From Balanoglossus misakiensis (lineage: Eukaryota; Animalia; Hemichordata): a DNA stretch of 64,000 bases. Shown here one piece after another: positions 27,691 through 39,526 of the stretch (position 1 is the stretch's first letter; every line of letters begins with the position of its first letter). The stretch covers positions 10,261,337 through 10,325,336 of the forward strand of contig CM082586.2 in assembly GCA_040954595.2 (NCBI GenBank), written 5' to 3'. The notes beneath the pieces are model-generated. The model was not told the origin of the DNA and did no database searches. It was given only the letters and a program-made list of their open reading frames with translations. A program made the position numbers and the translations under genes.

Positions 27691-28872
27691 ACTCTGTTTT
27701 TATTTAAGACAGCCCGTTTGCATGTGGCGCATTTCGCGTTGAATGCATGGATCAGCTCTTTTGTTGACATCTTCAGTTTGTTGACACCAAATACTGAAAA
27801 AGAGAAGAATAAACACATATCAGTTACACCATGCAGTAATAAGGAGAAGATTGCCAAGCATAATTGTTACATATGCAGTTGCCCAATACGAGTAATTTCC
27901 ACCAACCGGAAGTCACACAATTCAACTAAAATTCAGGAAAAAAACTTAATATCATTCAGGTACAAAAACTGTTGACCTAACTGATAAATTTCATCGAGTG
28001 TATTTGTAGTAGATGGTCAGAACAAATAAAATGAAATGTATAAGGATGAGATGCACCTTTATAATGATATTTATTTTGAATCCAGTGAATATGGGATAGC
28101 CAATCAAAGAATTTCACTCCAGGGACATGCAAAAAATGTCATTATCATAGAATACAATCATTTCGACATTTTAAAGAAACCTTTTACTTACAAGTCAGTG
28201 CCGTTACAACATGCTGGTAGGGTGTTCCAATAAATGCGCTGGTATTCTTCCCGCTCAGTTGTTCGGGTTTTAAACAACCCATCCATCAGCTTTTTTATGA
28301 CGTAAGATGGCGGCTTGTTCTTGCATCTACCTAAAGTTATGCTCAACCAGGCAGATGGAATCGCTACGTTGGAGTTGGAAAGCCGTTCATATTGCAGTGG
28401 CAGAGGCTCGCCCTCGTCTAGAATCACCTGATTGAAATTAAAAAGAGTACCGATAATTATTACATTGGTGTGAAAGTCATTTAGTACTCACAAAATTCAA
28501 TCCCCACTTACTTACAAAGAGAAGGCTAAATGATTGCATTCAGAATAAACATGACCTATGTCAACAAATTCATTGAGAAAAAAAAATGTTTCCCTGTTAA
28601 AAGCAACAAATTTACATAATTAAACTGTGTATTAAAATGCAAGCATGGGATAACATGAGGTACTAAAGAGAAGGGGTGTATTATGCATGTATATACTGAC
28701 GTGGACTGGGGGGATGCAGAAGTGTGAGCGATGGCGTGCTTACATGAAGAACTGACACTTACATAGTTTGCCCTGGGAATGATTTACCCTCGTTTGGGCG
28801 TGTAATGACTATCCTCAGAGAAGCCTTTTGATGCACAGGTGTGTACACAGCACTGGCGTGTTTTCTCAGCTT
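27687..28872 (-). pseudogene. Spliced BEN-domain-like gene remnant (exons ~28872-28763, 28427-28192, 27793-27687)
   Basis: Canonical AG/GTAAGT sites. Correcting two +1 slips in A-runs gives ...SYVIKKLMDGLFKPEQLSGKNTSAFIGTPYQHVVTALT/LFGVNKLKMSTKELIHAFNAKCATCKRAV, matching the BEN pattern (LxxxLFxxExL ... NxKC). Confidence 0.55.
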
Positions 28873-29419
28873 CTGCAAAATAATAGTAACAAATTGAGTC
28901 GCACAAATGCACCCACTATTTCTTGCTATTTCATATTTCATTCAAATGTCTGCAACAACATATACTGTGCACATAACAGCCCCCCCCCCCCCCATGCACT
29001 GTTCCAATTACAAGACCTACCCCAATTCTTACTGGCACCATGGACTTATACCACTTATACAATGATGCAACAGGCTTATCTTTTTATAGACACCTGACAT
29101 TAGAAAGACCTTGTATGTATACCACTCTATTCTGACAAAAATGCAAGTTAATCAACATCACATATAAAATAATATAATATGAATAGAATAAAACCGATTC
29201 ACAAAATATCAAATAGCTACTTGTTAGGCATTTGATTTTAAGTTGGATGGTGTTTGTGTATTGCAGAGGGATGTTTGTGTGCAGTAATCACGCTGTACAT
29301 ACCATGCAAGTTTGGCATACTATCACTCAAATATGACGCGTTATCGACCAAACTTAGTGTAATAACCCTTAAGTAACACCCTCTTATTTTAAAGAAAACT
29401 CATTATTGAAGCCCATTAA

Positions 29420-29504
29420 CCCTTTCACAACCAAGGTTCAGTCTAAACCCATTGTTATCTATGAAAAGGTTCGACCTGTATAGAAGGAACTGGGGGTGAA
29501 AGGG
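29420..29504. mobile_element. piggyBac-like 85-bp MITE
   Basis: TTAA-CCCTTTCAC...GTGAAAGGG-TTAA. Related partial copies at ~50490-50550 and (reverse) ~55680-55755. Confidence 0.8.
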
Positions 29505-29915
29505 TTAAAGGGACAAAGTCTCAGTTTTGTCCTTTGACTCACTGGCTTTTATTAGAGGTTCCTACCTTTAAATGTTTCATAAAATGTTTAATCAAATCTG
29601 TCTACAATCAGAGTAGACATTGTTTACATACACCTTTTGTTAAATAATTGTACTGTGTTGTATTTCAGATTTTTGTCAGGAGCAGGTGAGAAATACGGTA
29701 TGATTTCTGAAGGTCTGAGTACTGCATTGCAGTTATTTGACGATATGAAGACTTTGCGATTTTCAAGGTAATTATGGTAAAATTGTGAGGTTAAAAACCA
29801 TTCTCTAATTATGGGCCCCACTTTTTGAGGTGGTTTATCTGTTTATGTAAAGCTCACCATGTCAACCAGGAAATGATTCGATACCGACAGTGGAGTACAA
29901 CTGATGTGCGAAGTA

Positions 29916-30441
29916 CATTGAAACCTGCCAAGTAAGGGCACCTCTGGGATCACACAACATGTCCTTTAAGGGATACAGGCTCTCTCTCTCGCTCGCTGCC
30001 CCTTATTCCATTAATTATATTTGATACAAGACACCATTTATGTTTTTTCTACATGTGGATATATGGTGAATCAATATTCAACCACACACAAAGTCCATCC
30101 TGCTTGTGGACATGAGAGTGAAAAAAATCGCCAAAATGAATAATCAGTCTCTACCATTTATTCGTTTTGGGTGAGTTTTTACTCCCATATCATACACGCG
30201 GGATGGAAGTTGTGTATGGTTGAATGTTCATTCACTACATATACACATGTACATTAACATAAACAGTGTCTTGTATCAAACATTATTAATGGAAAAAAGG
30301 GCAGCGAGAGAGAGACTTTGTCCCTTTAAAAGAGAGGTGTCCTTAAAAGAAATGTGCATGTAATATTCTATTCAAGCCATTACTTTTGTCTTGAACAATC
30401 TGTCCTGATTAGAGAGATGTCTGTATTGACAGGTTTCACTG
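29916..30441. mobile_element. Tc1/mariner (pogo-like) MITE interrupted by a fold-back MITE
   Basis: TA-CATTGAAACCTG...CAGGTTTCACTG-TA termini, split at TTAA by 29970-30325. Confidence 0.6.
29970..30325. mobile_element. Fold-back (near fully palindromic) MITE flanked by TTAA, Kolobok-like
   Basis: CTCTCTCGC..GCTGCCC..TTCCATTAAT..TTTGATACAAGACAC is mirrored by GTGTCTTGTATCAAA..ATTAATGGAA..GGGCAGCGAGAGAG, with TTAA on both sides. Confidence 0.75.
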
Positions 30442-31462
30442 TATTATCAACATTTTCAGTTTCATAATCCTTCTGTGTTTGCCAGAGAATTTTGACAGCA
30501 GTCAAAAGCTTTCTCTGCCATACCCATAATAAAAGAAAGCTTGCACCTGTGTTTTACTGTTTTCAAAGGGGAAATCCGGTCCAGCTGATTTTCTACATAA
30601 TTTGGTAGCTTTGAGGTCACTCTTTCAGAAAAAAAAACATATTCGTCAAGTATAAGTCGTCAGGTATTTTACAAAATCGAGGGAAAGTTGGCAGAATTTA
30701 TAATATGGCCTTAACTGTAATTTGAATCATGGGAAAAAAAGCGCCAGGACCAACTTCCATCCACCTTGGTGTGGGTGATACCATTTTCCAATGGGTGTAA
30801 CTGCGTGACGGCTTGGGTATCTGTTGCTGAGCAAATATTTGAAATCATACAATCCAGATTCTAAAGTTCACAGGACAAATATACAACATGTTTACATGGC
30901 CATTTACAACCAATTCATCCTATTGTGGTGATGTACAAAACCTTTTTTGTGGTTTGTTAAAGTTTTCATTACTCTAAATGGGTACTTCCATAAAATGGTA
31001 GTAATATATTTATTAATATTTATTACACATCACATATTATTATTCGCTCTGGCTTTTTTGTCAAATTTTCAAATAAAAAAGGCAGTTATAACTTTGATGG
31101 GACCAAGAAAAGATTTTGCCATAGGATATCAAAAGGACACTTTCATTGTTTTTATGAACTGTTGTTTTTCTGTTCTATAAAAGATGCAAATTGTTCTACT
31201 CCATTTTTGGGTCAAAAAATATTTTCATCAGATTGGTTTGAGGGTTAGATGTTGTAGCTAATAGTGTAAAGGCCATGATTGTTTTTGTTCACAAATATAT
31301 TCAATTACAATGTATCATTATTATGCAGTTTTACCAATGTTGAGAGGCTTTCCTTGTCAACTGGCCTGTGTGTATGCATCAAATCCTTCATGTAAAAGGT
31401 CAAAGCAGAAAGTATTTCTAACAATGATTAGACTAAAGCAGGAGACTTTTGAGGAGAGTTTG

Positions 31463-31610
31463 AGGAGACATCATGGCCTTGTGGTGAGGGCACAGGGTTG
31501 TGGGTTCAAGAACCAGACCTGGACATGGCCGTGGGTTTTGAGGATGGTGACTTCATGACCGCGATATTGTGCCCTTGAGCGCAGCACTTTACCTCTCATT
31601 GTTTTGGAGG
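31463..31610 (+). mobile_element. tRNA-derived SINE remnant
   Basis: A-box-like TGGCCTTGTGGT, B-box-like GGGTTCAAGAACC, and core GTGCCCTTGAGCGCAGCACTTTACC resembling the conserved GTGTCCTTGRGCAAGRCACTT SINE motif. Confidence 0.55.
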
Positions 31611-31696
31611 AACTGGCTTTGTATACTAGTGATCTGCACCTGTTCCAGTCATTCTATCCTAGGTAGACATATTTTCTTTGTTTGCAATAGATGAAT

Positions 31697-31890
31697 TACT
31701 GTCAAACAGGAAATTATTGTGAACTTCGCGAGAACCAAAAAATGCAAATTAAAAGTCACGTAAAAATGTTTTTCAGGGATATTGGTGCAGTTAGTGAAAT
31801 ATAAGAAAGCAAAATTTAAGTGTAGCATAACAGTTGTCTCTATTGATATTGCAAACATTTCCTGTCACAGAAATTTCCCGTTTTACAGTA
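31697..31890. mobile_element. TA-flanked MITE (TACTGT...ACAGTA family)
   Basis: TACTGTCAAACAGGAAATT...AATTTCCCGTTTTACAGTA. A related copy lies at ~54140-54349. Confidence 0.55.
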
Positions 31891-31923
31891 TATAAATAAA
31901 TCAACTAAATATTTTTACTACAG

Positions 31924-32185
31924 GTGCCGCACCAACAAGTCATCTGTCACTTGGACAACCAAGTCAAATTGGAAGTCAGTCTCCACAACAACTGTCATCC
32001 TCTCAACAGTAATTGACTCAACCAAGTCAGCCCCAGATGCAGGGCCAAGGTCAAAGGTCATCAATGCCTTTTGGTCAGCCTACCAGTTTACCCAACCAAC
32101 CAGTATCCGCTGTCACAGCAAACAGGACACAACAACCAAATGTGACTGTTTCATTTATCCCATTGAGACAATTTTCATCACCCAG
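31924..32185 (+). pseudogene. Gln/Pro/Ser-rich exon with in-frame stop
   Basis: Acceptor CTACAG, donor GTACAG. Reads AAPTSHLSLGQPSQIGSQSPQQLSSSQQ*LTQPSQPQMQGQG..., with TAA at 32010-32012. Confidence 0.6.
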
Positions 32186-32611
32186 GTACAGTTGTGGTCT
32201 ACCTTCTACTTTATTATATAATAAAATAGCCGTTTCTAGTTACCCATCCTGTGAATTGAAAGCTTTTTATGACTGTTTCACATAGCCTTGTCTAACCATT
32301 ATCTTTACAGTTGACTATTGTTTCAAAACAAATTCAAAACTTCTGTTTTGGTTGCTAGAAACCCACTCTGTAAATGCTAAGACTTTTTTGGATAATGCCA
32401 CAGACTCAGTAATCAAATTCAATTTTTAATGTGATTAATGTTGATAAGCCCTAAAACTCAATCCCATCCAAATGTGTGTTGAAAATAGGACTTTGAGAGT
32501 TGCAAGCTCAACATCGAATCAAAAATTGCAGTCATGAATTAAAAATGGGGTTTTGAATACTGGCCTTGATAATGCTCCATATTAACTAGGTTTGTTAATC
32601 TTTTTGGACAG

Positions 32612-32795
32612 GCAACTTCACCTCCAAAGATGACTTCCCAGCAGGCACCAGCTGCTGCACTGAAAGCCACAGAGGGTGTCATGCAAATGGCAAATGCTAG
32701 TCAGTTCAGTAAGATGCCACCAATTGCTGCTGTGAATTCTATCAACTCACAGCCACAGGAGAGATGGCCAGGTACAGATTCACAGCCACAAAGAG
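32612..32795 (+). pseudogene. Gln/Pro/Ala-rich exon (open)
   Basis: Acceptor TTTTTGGACAG, donor GTAGGT. Reads ATSPPKMTSQQAPAAALK...DSQPQR and ends in phase 1. Confidence 0.55.
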
Positions 32796-32802
32796 GTAGG
32801 TA

Positions 32803-33135
32803 CAGTCAAACCTGTCTATACTGGCCAGACAGGGGACTTTCCTAACTGGCCTTTATAGAAAGGTGGCCTCTACAGTCAGGTCATTTAATGTGCAATGTGT
32901 AATATATTGCTATATTATTGTGGGCTTATACCAGAGTGATTAGACGACACAGGACATGTGTGTACAAACTAGACAGCCATGCTGTTTTTTTATTGCCAAC
33001 TGCACATGCTCACTCGTTCAGCCTCGTACACTGCAAATTTATACATAACAGTAAATACCAATACCTAACACAATGTATATGGACTGTAACAGAGTAGCCA
33101 CTATATAGAGGTGGCACCTAACACGGGTTTGACTG
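32803..33135. mobile_element. pogo/Tigger-like MITE
   Basis: TA-CAGTCAAACCTGT...CGGGTTTGACTG-TA. Confidence 0.75.
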
Positions 33136-33385
33136 TAACATCTGTTATGTTGCCATGGCAGTCATTTACTGTTAATTTGATTATACAGAGGAAAAAATAT
33201 TCCAGTTCCCTTTCTTATATCCTCATATCAGTGGCAGAGTACGCCAGTGTCACTGTAAAATTTTGTCGACATTTTTGCTAAGTTAGCTGTAGTAGCTGTT
33301 GGCTATTTTTTCTGTATTTTTAATCCAAGGAATTAAAGTGAATTCAATGCTTGTAAATAATTTCTAATTTCTTCTTACCCTCCAG

Positions 33386-33508
33386 ATATGAATGAATGTC
33401 ACAGTGGTGGATATGCATGTCAACACTATTGTCAGAATACCCATGGTAGTTATCTCTGCACTTGCAGACCAGGATTCTATCTGCTGGAGGATGGCCATGC
33501 ATGTGCCG
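33386..33508 (+). CDS. Calcium-binding EGF domain exon (intact, phase 1-1, 123 bp); part of a probable pseudogene
   Basis: TCCAG acceptor, GTATGT donor. Reads (D)MNECHSGGYACQHYCQNTHGSYLCTCRPGFYLLEDGHACA, with six Cys and the cbEGF consensus DxNEC..CxNxxGSYxCxC. Confidence 0.9.
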
Positions 33509-34436
33509 GTATGTAACTGTGGATATTGATATCTTCTGTGGCTACATTGTTTGGGGATTGTATATTGCTACGGTTACAATCAGCTAAACACACATCCTGT
33601 CTGTCCATTGCACACATTTTAAAATTTGAAATCAACCGCACACTCGTACTGAACACATGTTTGTTGAAATTGTATCTCAGAATTTTTCCAATTATAATTA
33701 TGCATAATATAAACAAATTAACAAATGTGAAAACTTATCTTTGAAAATTTGTTTGCAAGGGAGAAAAAGTAATCTGTATTTTAAAAATCAGACAAAGTTT
33801 TGCTGACAGGGTACACAAGTTTCAGGGGATTTTGTTAAAATGAGAATGATAGAGAGTGTTAAAATTCCTAGAAAGGGATCGCCATGGATATTGAGGACTT
33901 TGGTGTAAAAACAATTAATTGATCAAGAAATATGTGGTTAAGAATATGTGTCATCAACCCCACACGATACTATAAGACTGTCTGATATATTCATGTACAA
34001 GTATTTTCACTACTTATTTGCATAATTTAATGAAATTAGCATAAATTATCAACCTATAGCTAAATAAATTACCTCTGCAAAGAATAAATATACACTTAGA
34101 AAATTCATATAGTTTTCATCTCATTTTAAAGACATTACAAAATGCTTCTCTGAGGGTACAGTAATTTTTAACGGGTATATTCTTGATAACTCATCACCAT
34201 GAATGAGCATTTCAAAACTTAACAAGGCCAGTGTACGAAATAAAGCCTGGCCGACAGTCCGAGACTGGTTGTTTTTCTGTAGGACTGGTAAAAATAAAAT
34301 GTTACCAGTCCGACAGACAGGTTGAATTTAGCGTGGGAGTTGACTAGTGGTATCATGGCATCTTTTAGACTTTCCCAGGTTCATGTATTGCAATTAAAAG
34401 AAACAATGACTGCTTGATATTTCCTATGAATTTCGA

Positions 34437-34748
34437 ACACTGACAAGGCATATGGCTAAATAGGATTCAGTGTTTGTGCACCTTCTATCCACAATGCTAG
34501 ATCTATTGACAGTTTTCAAAGGGGTTTAAAGACTCGTCTTTTTATTCAGCACTATTTCATTCCATTGCTTTTTTGGTTTATAGGGATTGTCTTTCAGAAC
34601 TGTTTCTGTTTGTTTGGGGTTTTTAAGTGTAATTTTTTATCCTTTAAGCTTTCACTTGTTTTCTAATTTTATTATTTTCTGTAGAAGATGTATGTGTATT
34701 ACATTTGTTAGGAAATAAATAATAATAAAATAAATAAATAATAATAAC
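34437..34748 (+). mobile_element. L2/CR1-group LINE 3' end remnant
   Basis: Degenerate KAYG..FS..AP...FxxxLKTxLF ORF2 C-terminus, then a T-rich UTR and an (AAT/AAAT)n tail. Confidence 0.5.
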
Positions 34749-34763
34749 TATCTTTGATTTCAG

Positions 34764-34880
34764 ATGTCAATGAATATATGGAGAGAGCAGATCTTTGTGA
34801 AGGCCAGTGTGTGAATACAGCAGGCTCTTTTTATTTCACTTGTGCTGTGGAATATTGATTGGTCAATGGAGAGTGTACAG
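34764..34880 (+). pseudogene. Degenerate cbEGF exon (117 bp)
   Basis: TTTCAG/GTAAGA sites. Reads (D)VNEYMERADLCEGQCVNTAGSFYFTCAVEY*LVNGECT: two Cys lost and TGA at 34856-34858. Confidence 0.85.
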
Positions 34881-34894
34881 GTAAGATCAACACA

Positions 34895-35040
34895 ATATAG
34901 AAATAATGCACGACGCCATGACCATTAATGTTTGTTTATGGGCAAGGGCGAGGGGAAAGCCAAAAATTCATGGGCGAGGCTTCCGAGCCCATTAATTTTA
35001 GCTTAGCTAGAGCCCGAGCCCTGCATTTATTTCCATTACA
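34895..35040. mobile_element. Small hairpin-rich non-autonomous element fragment (possibly Crypton-like)
   Basis: Internal palindrome AAAATTCATGGGCGAGGCTTCCGAGCCCATTAATTTT. The family assignment is inference only. Confidence 0.3.
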
Positions 35041-37209
35041 TTACCAACAATCTCAAGAAAACCGTCAATATTTCTGAAAATGTCCCACACACAAGACTTG
35101 GGGCCCCGGAACTTGTGTTATGCAAAATGTTGTGTTCACTGAACTGTTTGCTAATATTACTATTCAGATTTACGGGCATGTAAACAAACCATTACTGGGT
35201 ATTTGTGGTCAGTGATGTCGTTCATCTTGACCAATTAAAATGCGACGCACAGACCACGGTAATATAATATGTGGGCAACGAAAGGTCCTGTATCTGTAAT
35301 TTTTGAATTTTTATTCAGTATTATTCTGGTTGTCAACGATCATTTCAGCTCGGTGAAGCTGGGTAAGCAATGTTGTTATTGTTTAAACATTGTATTCAAG
35401 CCTGTGTCTGGACTTGGATGCAATTTGTCAATAATAACAGTGATTGGTAACTGCATGTTTACATAACTGGCTATCTGTTAAAGAGACCATTTGCTGTGTG
35501 TACAGTACACATGCCATTGGCCGCTTATGGGTCAGCCAGTGTTTGCCTGTTAATCTCTCGATGTGTGTTATTCTGTCTGTACAGTCAGATCGCACGGTAC
35601 TCATTAACATATGTTAATGAGGGAAAGTACTTCAAACCATGTAGCTGTTAGAGTGGGCCCCGCTGAAGGGTCGCAAAATAGGCCATTTTTTACGCGACAT
35701 TATAGAGCTGATTTCAGGCGAGGAGGACTGTGTACAAAATTGAGTATAGACAACTCAGGTTTTAAAGGATGTTTCATCATTTCCACTGTGTCAACGTCAC
35801 TACATCCTTGCTATGAGAAAAAGCCATCCCTTGTGTACTTCGTGCTTATCACGGGCAAACAATTTGTTTAAAATCCCTGATTTTGAAATGGTGCAAACAT
35901 TTCACCAACAAACTAACACACCATTTGCCCTTACTCAAGACAGCCTGATTTGTTTGAAATGTTATAAAACATTTGTTGCTTTAGCGGAAAAAGCCAGGTG
36001 TAGTATTCAACAAGGCTTAATTATGTCGAGTGATATAGCACTTGCTGAAGAAATTAAAAAATATGTCACAATGCTACAATAAAGGATGCAGCTGTGACGA
36101 CGACTTGGTGAATTTTGCATGCTGGAAAACTGTTGTCTTTTTAGGAGAAGTGCTCCTCAGAAAACATGCCATTCTATTGTTTGATGTCAGGCAATATTTC
36201 AATGATTGTTTAGACAATGAATATCAGACTTTGCGACCCAATGTCAAGTTACAACGAGTGGAATTCCACAGAAAACCTAATAGCTGGCTTATTCGGGAAT
36301 TGCTATGTGTGTATTTTCCAATTCACCTTTCTGTTGTATCAAAAGTGAGTAGAAAGTTCTCCACCTTTTTGTACCGAACAGGTTCAGATCTCACTATTGC
36401 CCTCCAAAATGCACTTGTCGAACATCCTCAGTATGTTGTGCAAGCTGAGAAACAGATAGAGAGGCTTGAAAAGCAAGTAAGAGACTTGAGTAAAGTTGAC
36501 GTTGACTTTTTCAAAATGCTTGATTTGGTGGCTGTGAAATTAAATGCCAGCATTTATCAGCAATCTCAAGAATTCAGTAATTACTGCAAAACAAACAATG
36601 TTGATCTGAGTACACTTGATGTTGAATATATTGTCAGTGAGGTTGACCCTATGTTATGGAACACTGTTGTATATTTAACGTTGAACAACAGTGAACGCAA
36701 TAAATTAAAAAGCTCCAACTTTGTATGGAATAAACACAACTATGGATTTTATGACCGGCACTCTATGGAGAGTAGAGCATGATTCCTCAGGCGTTTCTTT
36801 TGTGTGTATGCTATTGTTCATTTGTTCTGATCATTGTACTTACCCATTGCATACTTACCTGGCTGACATTGTTGAAGGTTATAGTAAGTCATCTACTCTA
36901 GTGAAAATTCTAAATTGATTTGGTATTATTTGTTCTGGAGATACATTGCATAGATACATGTTGGGAGTGATCAACAAAAGAACATCAGCTGATTTCACAG
37001 AGGAAAATATTGCAAATAATGCATTTTGTTTAACTTCCATTGACAATATTGATAAATCAGCTAAATATGCAGCTGTTAGAGCTGATCCAAAGGACAGAGG
37101 TTTCCACGGTACTTCTTATCGAATGGTCCAACCAAAATCAAAGTCAATTCTGAACAGTATTGATGATATTGTTTTTGGCAGTCATGACAAACATTCAACT
37201 GTCAAAGAT

Positions 37210-37545
37210 TTTCAGCTAATCAACATTTATGGTGATGGAAGGTGCTTTTTCAGGAGCATCTCTGTGAGAAATGATTTTGCATTACGAAATTGTGATCGTC
37301 TACTTAATGGACTCCCTTCTGACCCAATTTTAGCTGACCGAGAGAAAATATTCACAGACAAGTTAAGAGCAGATACAGTAGACATAATGCGTGCCAATCA
37401 TATATACTTTGAAGGACATATATACACCAAGCAGAATGATATATTTGCAAGAGGTGATGGTGATGTGTTCTCCAAGACTGAGCCTGTCTGTCTCTTGTAC
37501 ACACCAGACAGGCCAGGTCAACCAGGCCATTATGATTTGCTTCTT
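37210..37545 (+). other. OTU-like cysteine protease (deubiquitinase) domain in frame within the transposase
   Basis: IYGDGRCFFRSIS (catalytic Cys codon 37243-37245) and LLY...GHYDLL (His codon 37528-37530) lie in the same open frame as DNID/HGT (ORF 36946-37887). Confidence 0.75.
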
Positions 37546-37812
37546 AACAGGCAGTTAATTAAAAGAAAAGATAGTCTGGTGAGTGAAAATGCAAAGAATT
37601 CATTTGAACGGTGTCAGGAATTAAACAGTGGCTTTTGTTCACAAAATACAGTAGACTCTGAAATGAATAAAATGTTGGCCAATTTTCCTTGTGGAAATAA
37701 TACTAAAATCATGGTTGACAGATCTATCTCAAAAAATACTGGTACAGGTTTGAGTGCACCTGTGAGTAAAGCCTGTACATTTACGGAGAAAAAATTCAAT
37801 GATACTGTTCAT

Positions 37813-39526
37813 TTTTTTTTTTTTTTTTATTTCCATTCATTTAATCTTACATGTATCATAAAGATAAATCGTGTTTTGATGAAATAAATAAATAAATAAA
37901 TAAATAAAAAATAATACTATATAAAAAGAGATTCACCAGGTACATTTGTTTAACAAAATAATTACATCTCAGACGGAAGCAAGGATTTTCTTCCAATAAT
38001 GGGTGAAATCTAGATTATTATTCCTTTTGAGTATTTGGTGCATAAATTGTAGATATCTGGAAAATATATCGAAATTGGTTTTTGCTCTAATGCTGTTAAT
38101 ATCATGTTGTAAATGGACCCATGAAGCGAATACACAATACTTTGCAATGGTAATGACAATGTTTACAAATCTATAAAGAGGATGACTGTACATAGTTTTG
38201 TAACCAAGAATAATAGTTTCTAAGTCGACCTCATGACATATGCCAAGTTTGCTGAGCAAAGCAGATAAACGCTGCCAAAAATCCCCTAAACGTTGACATT
38301 TTAAAAATAGATGCTCATAAGAATCAGTTACATTTCAAAGACAACATAGATCATTTTTACTAATTTTCCATCTTAAAAGATTGATGCCACATGGCAAAAT
38401 GTTATGCATAATCTTAAAGTTAAATTCAGCAAGTTTCCTATCACAACACAATCCAGTCGTTTGGTTAACCCATATAGTTCTCCACTGTAGTGGAGTAGTC
38501 ATGGTCAAACGACGATTCCATGTATTTTCACAATATGGACGAATAAAACGATTTTGCACAAAAATACTGTACAAAATTTTGAAGTAAGGCGAGACAGATC
38601 ATTAGGTAAAACAAAAACTTTTCCATTGACATGAAGAAAATTCTTTTCTCTACGCATCTGATGCAACTGAGTACCTTTCAACACAGACTTCCATTCTCTG
38701 GGAATAAGATTCCGCAACTTCATCCATTCAACTATCCAATTTGACTTATTCTCGAGTTTTTGTAACAACAGTGTAGGTGGAAGAAAATCGCCGTTGGTAT
38801 CGACAATGTCCTGGACATAGATAATATTTGAGTGAATCCAACCAGGGAAAAAAAGAGTCTTACCATTATCTGAAATGTTGACATTACCCCAGATAATTTG
38901 ATTACGCACATCTAAATTACTGAGTTTGGAGAAAGTGACGCAACCACCTTTTGCACTATGCCAAGCTGAAATTACTTGTTTATAGAAAAAGGGAATTCTC
39001 TCGAGAAATGGGAAACAGGAAATGTTGCTAAAATTGAAATGAAAAATAAGAAAATCTGGACCATAGTGCCCGAGCCAATGCAGTGGCAAGGCCTTCCATT
39101 TGGCAGAGGAATTGTCACATAATCTACGAACCCATGATGAACAAAAGGCGTCATGGATGGCAAAAATGTCAGGCATGTTTAGTCCCCCGCAATCATAAGG
39201 GGCAATGAGTGTGAGCCTTTTGATTTTGTCTGGCTTGTCATTCCACAGAAATTTGAAAATAAGACGGTTGATATTCGTGAGCCACGTTTCAAAAGCACCA
39301 AGATTAAGCATAAGGTAGTAAATTGTGGGCAGTGCCAAAGACTTTAAAACCGTAATTTTGCCATAAAGGCTCAGCTTACGTCGTGACCAGATGTTGAGCA
39401 CGCTTTTAAGCCTTTCAATTTTCTTTTCCCATTTCAAAAGTAGACATTTCAGTCGATCGTATCCAAAGAAAACCCCAAGGGATTTTATAGGCTGTTGCTC
39501 CCACATAAAACCCCCAGGTTTATCAT
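37813..39526 (-). mobile_element. 5'-truncated L1/Tx1-clade non-LTR retrotransposon (ORF2 C-terminal part)
   Basis: ORFs 38505-39506, 38335-38574 and 37969-38259 give IKSLGV, WSRRKLSLYGK, FKFLW, GGLNMPD and CxL*..E.HLFxxC. Poly(A) on the - strand at 37812-37828. Exact 14-bp TSD ATGATACTGTTCAT at 37799-37812 and 39527-39540. One frameshift and one nonsense codon. Confidence 0.93.

Larger units (their letters stand above)
26985..29368. mobile_element. Non-autonomous TIR DNA transposon (Kolobok-like) containing nested sequence
   Basis: Perfect 30-bp TIR GGGTTATTACACTAAGTTTGGTCGATAACG at 26985-27014, with its reverse complement at 29339-29368. TTAA follows the right end; the left flank is degenerate (TAAAG). 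Confidence 0.75.

Noticed and set aside
29669-29685. 17-bp micro-exon (TTTCAG...GTGAGA)
   Set aside because: Splice-like motifs only, with no coding or homology support.
31463-31530. tRNA gene
   Set aside because: Has A/B-box-like motifs but no cloverleaf, and continues into a SINE core.
35649-35700. TAGAGTGGGCCCC as the Academ left TIR
   Set aside because: No inverted partner found downstream of 44878.
37813-37887. C-terminus of the 313-aa ORF (FFFFFY...)
   Set aside because: Read-through into the antisense poly(A) tail of the L1 insertion.
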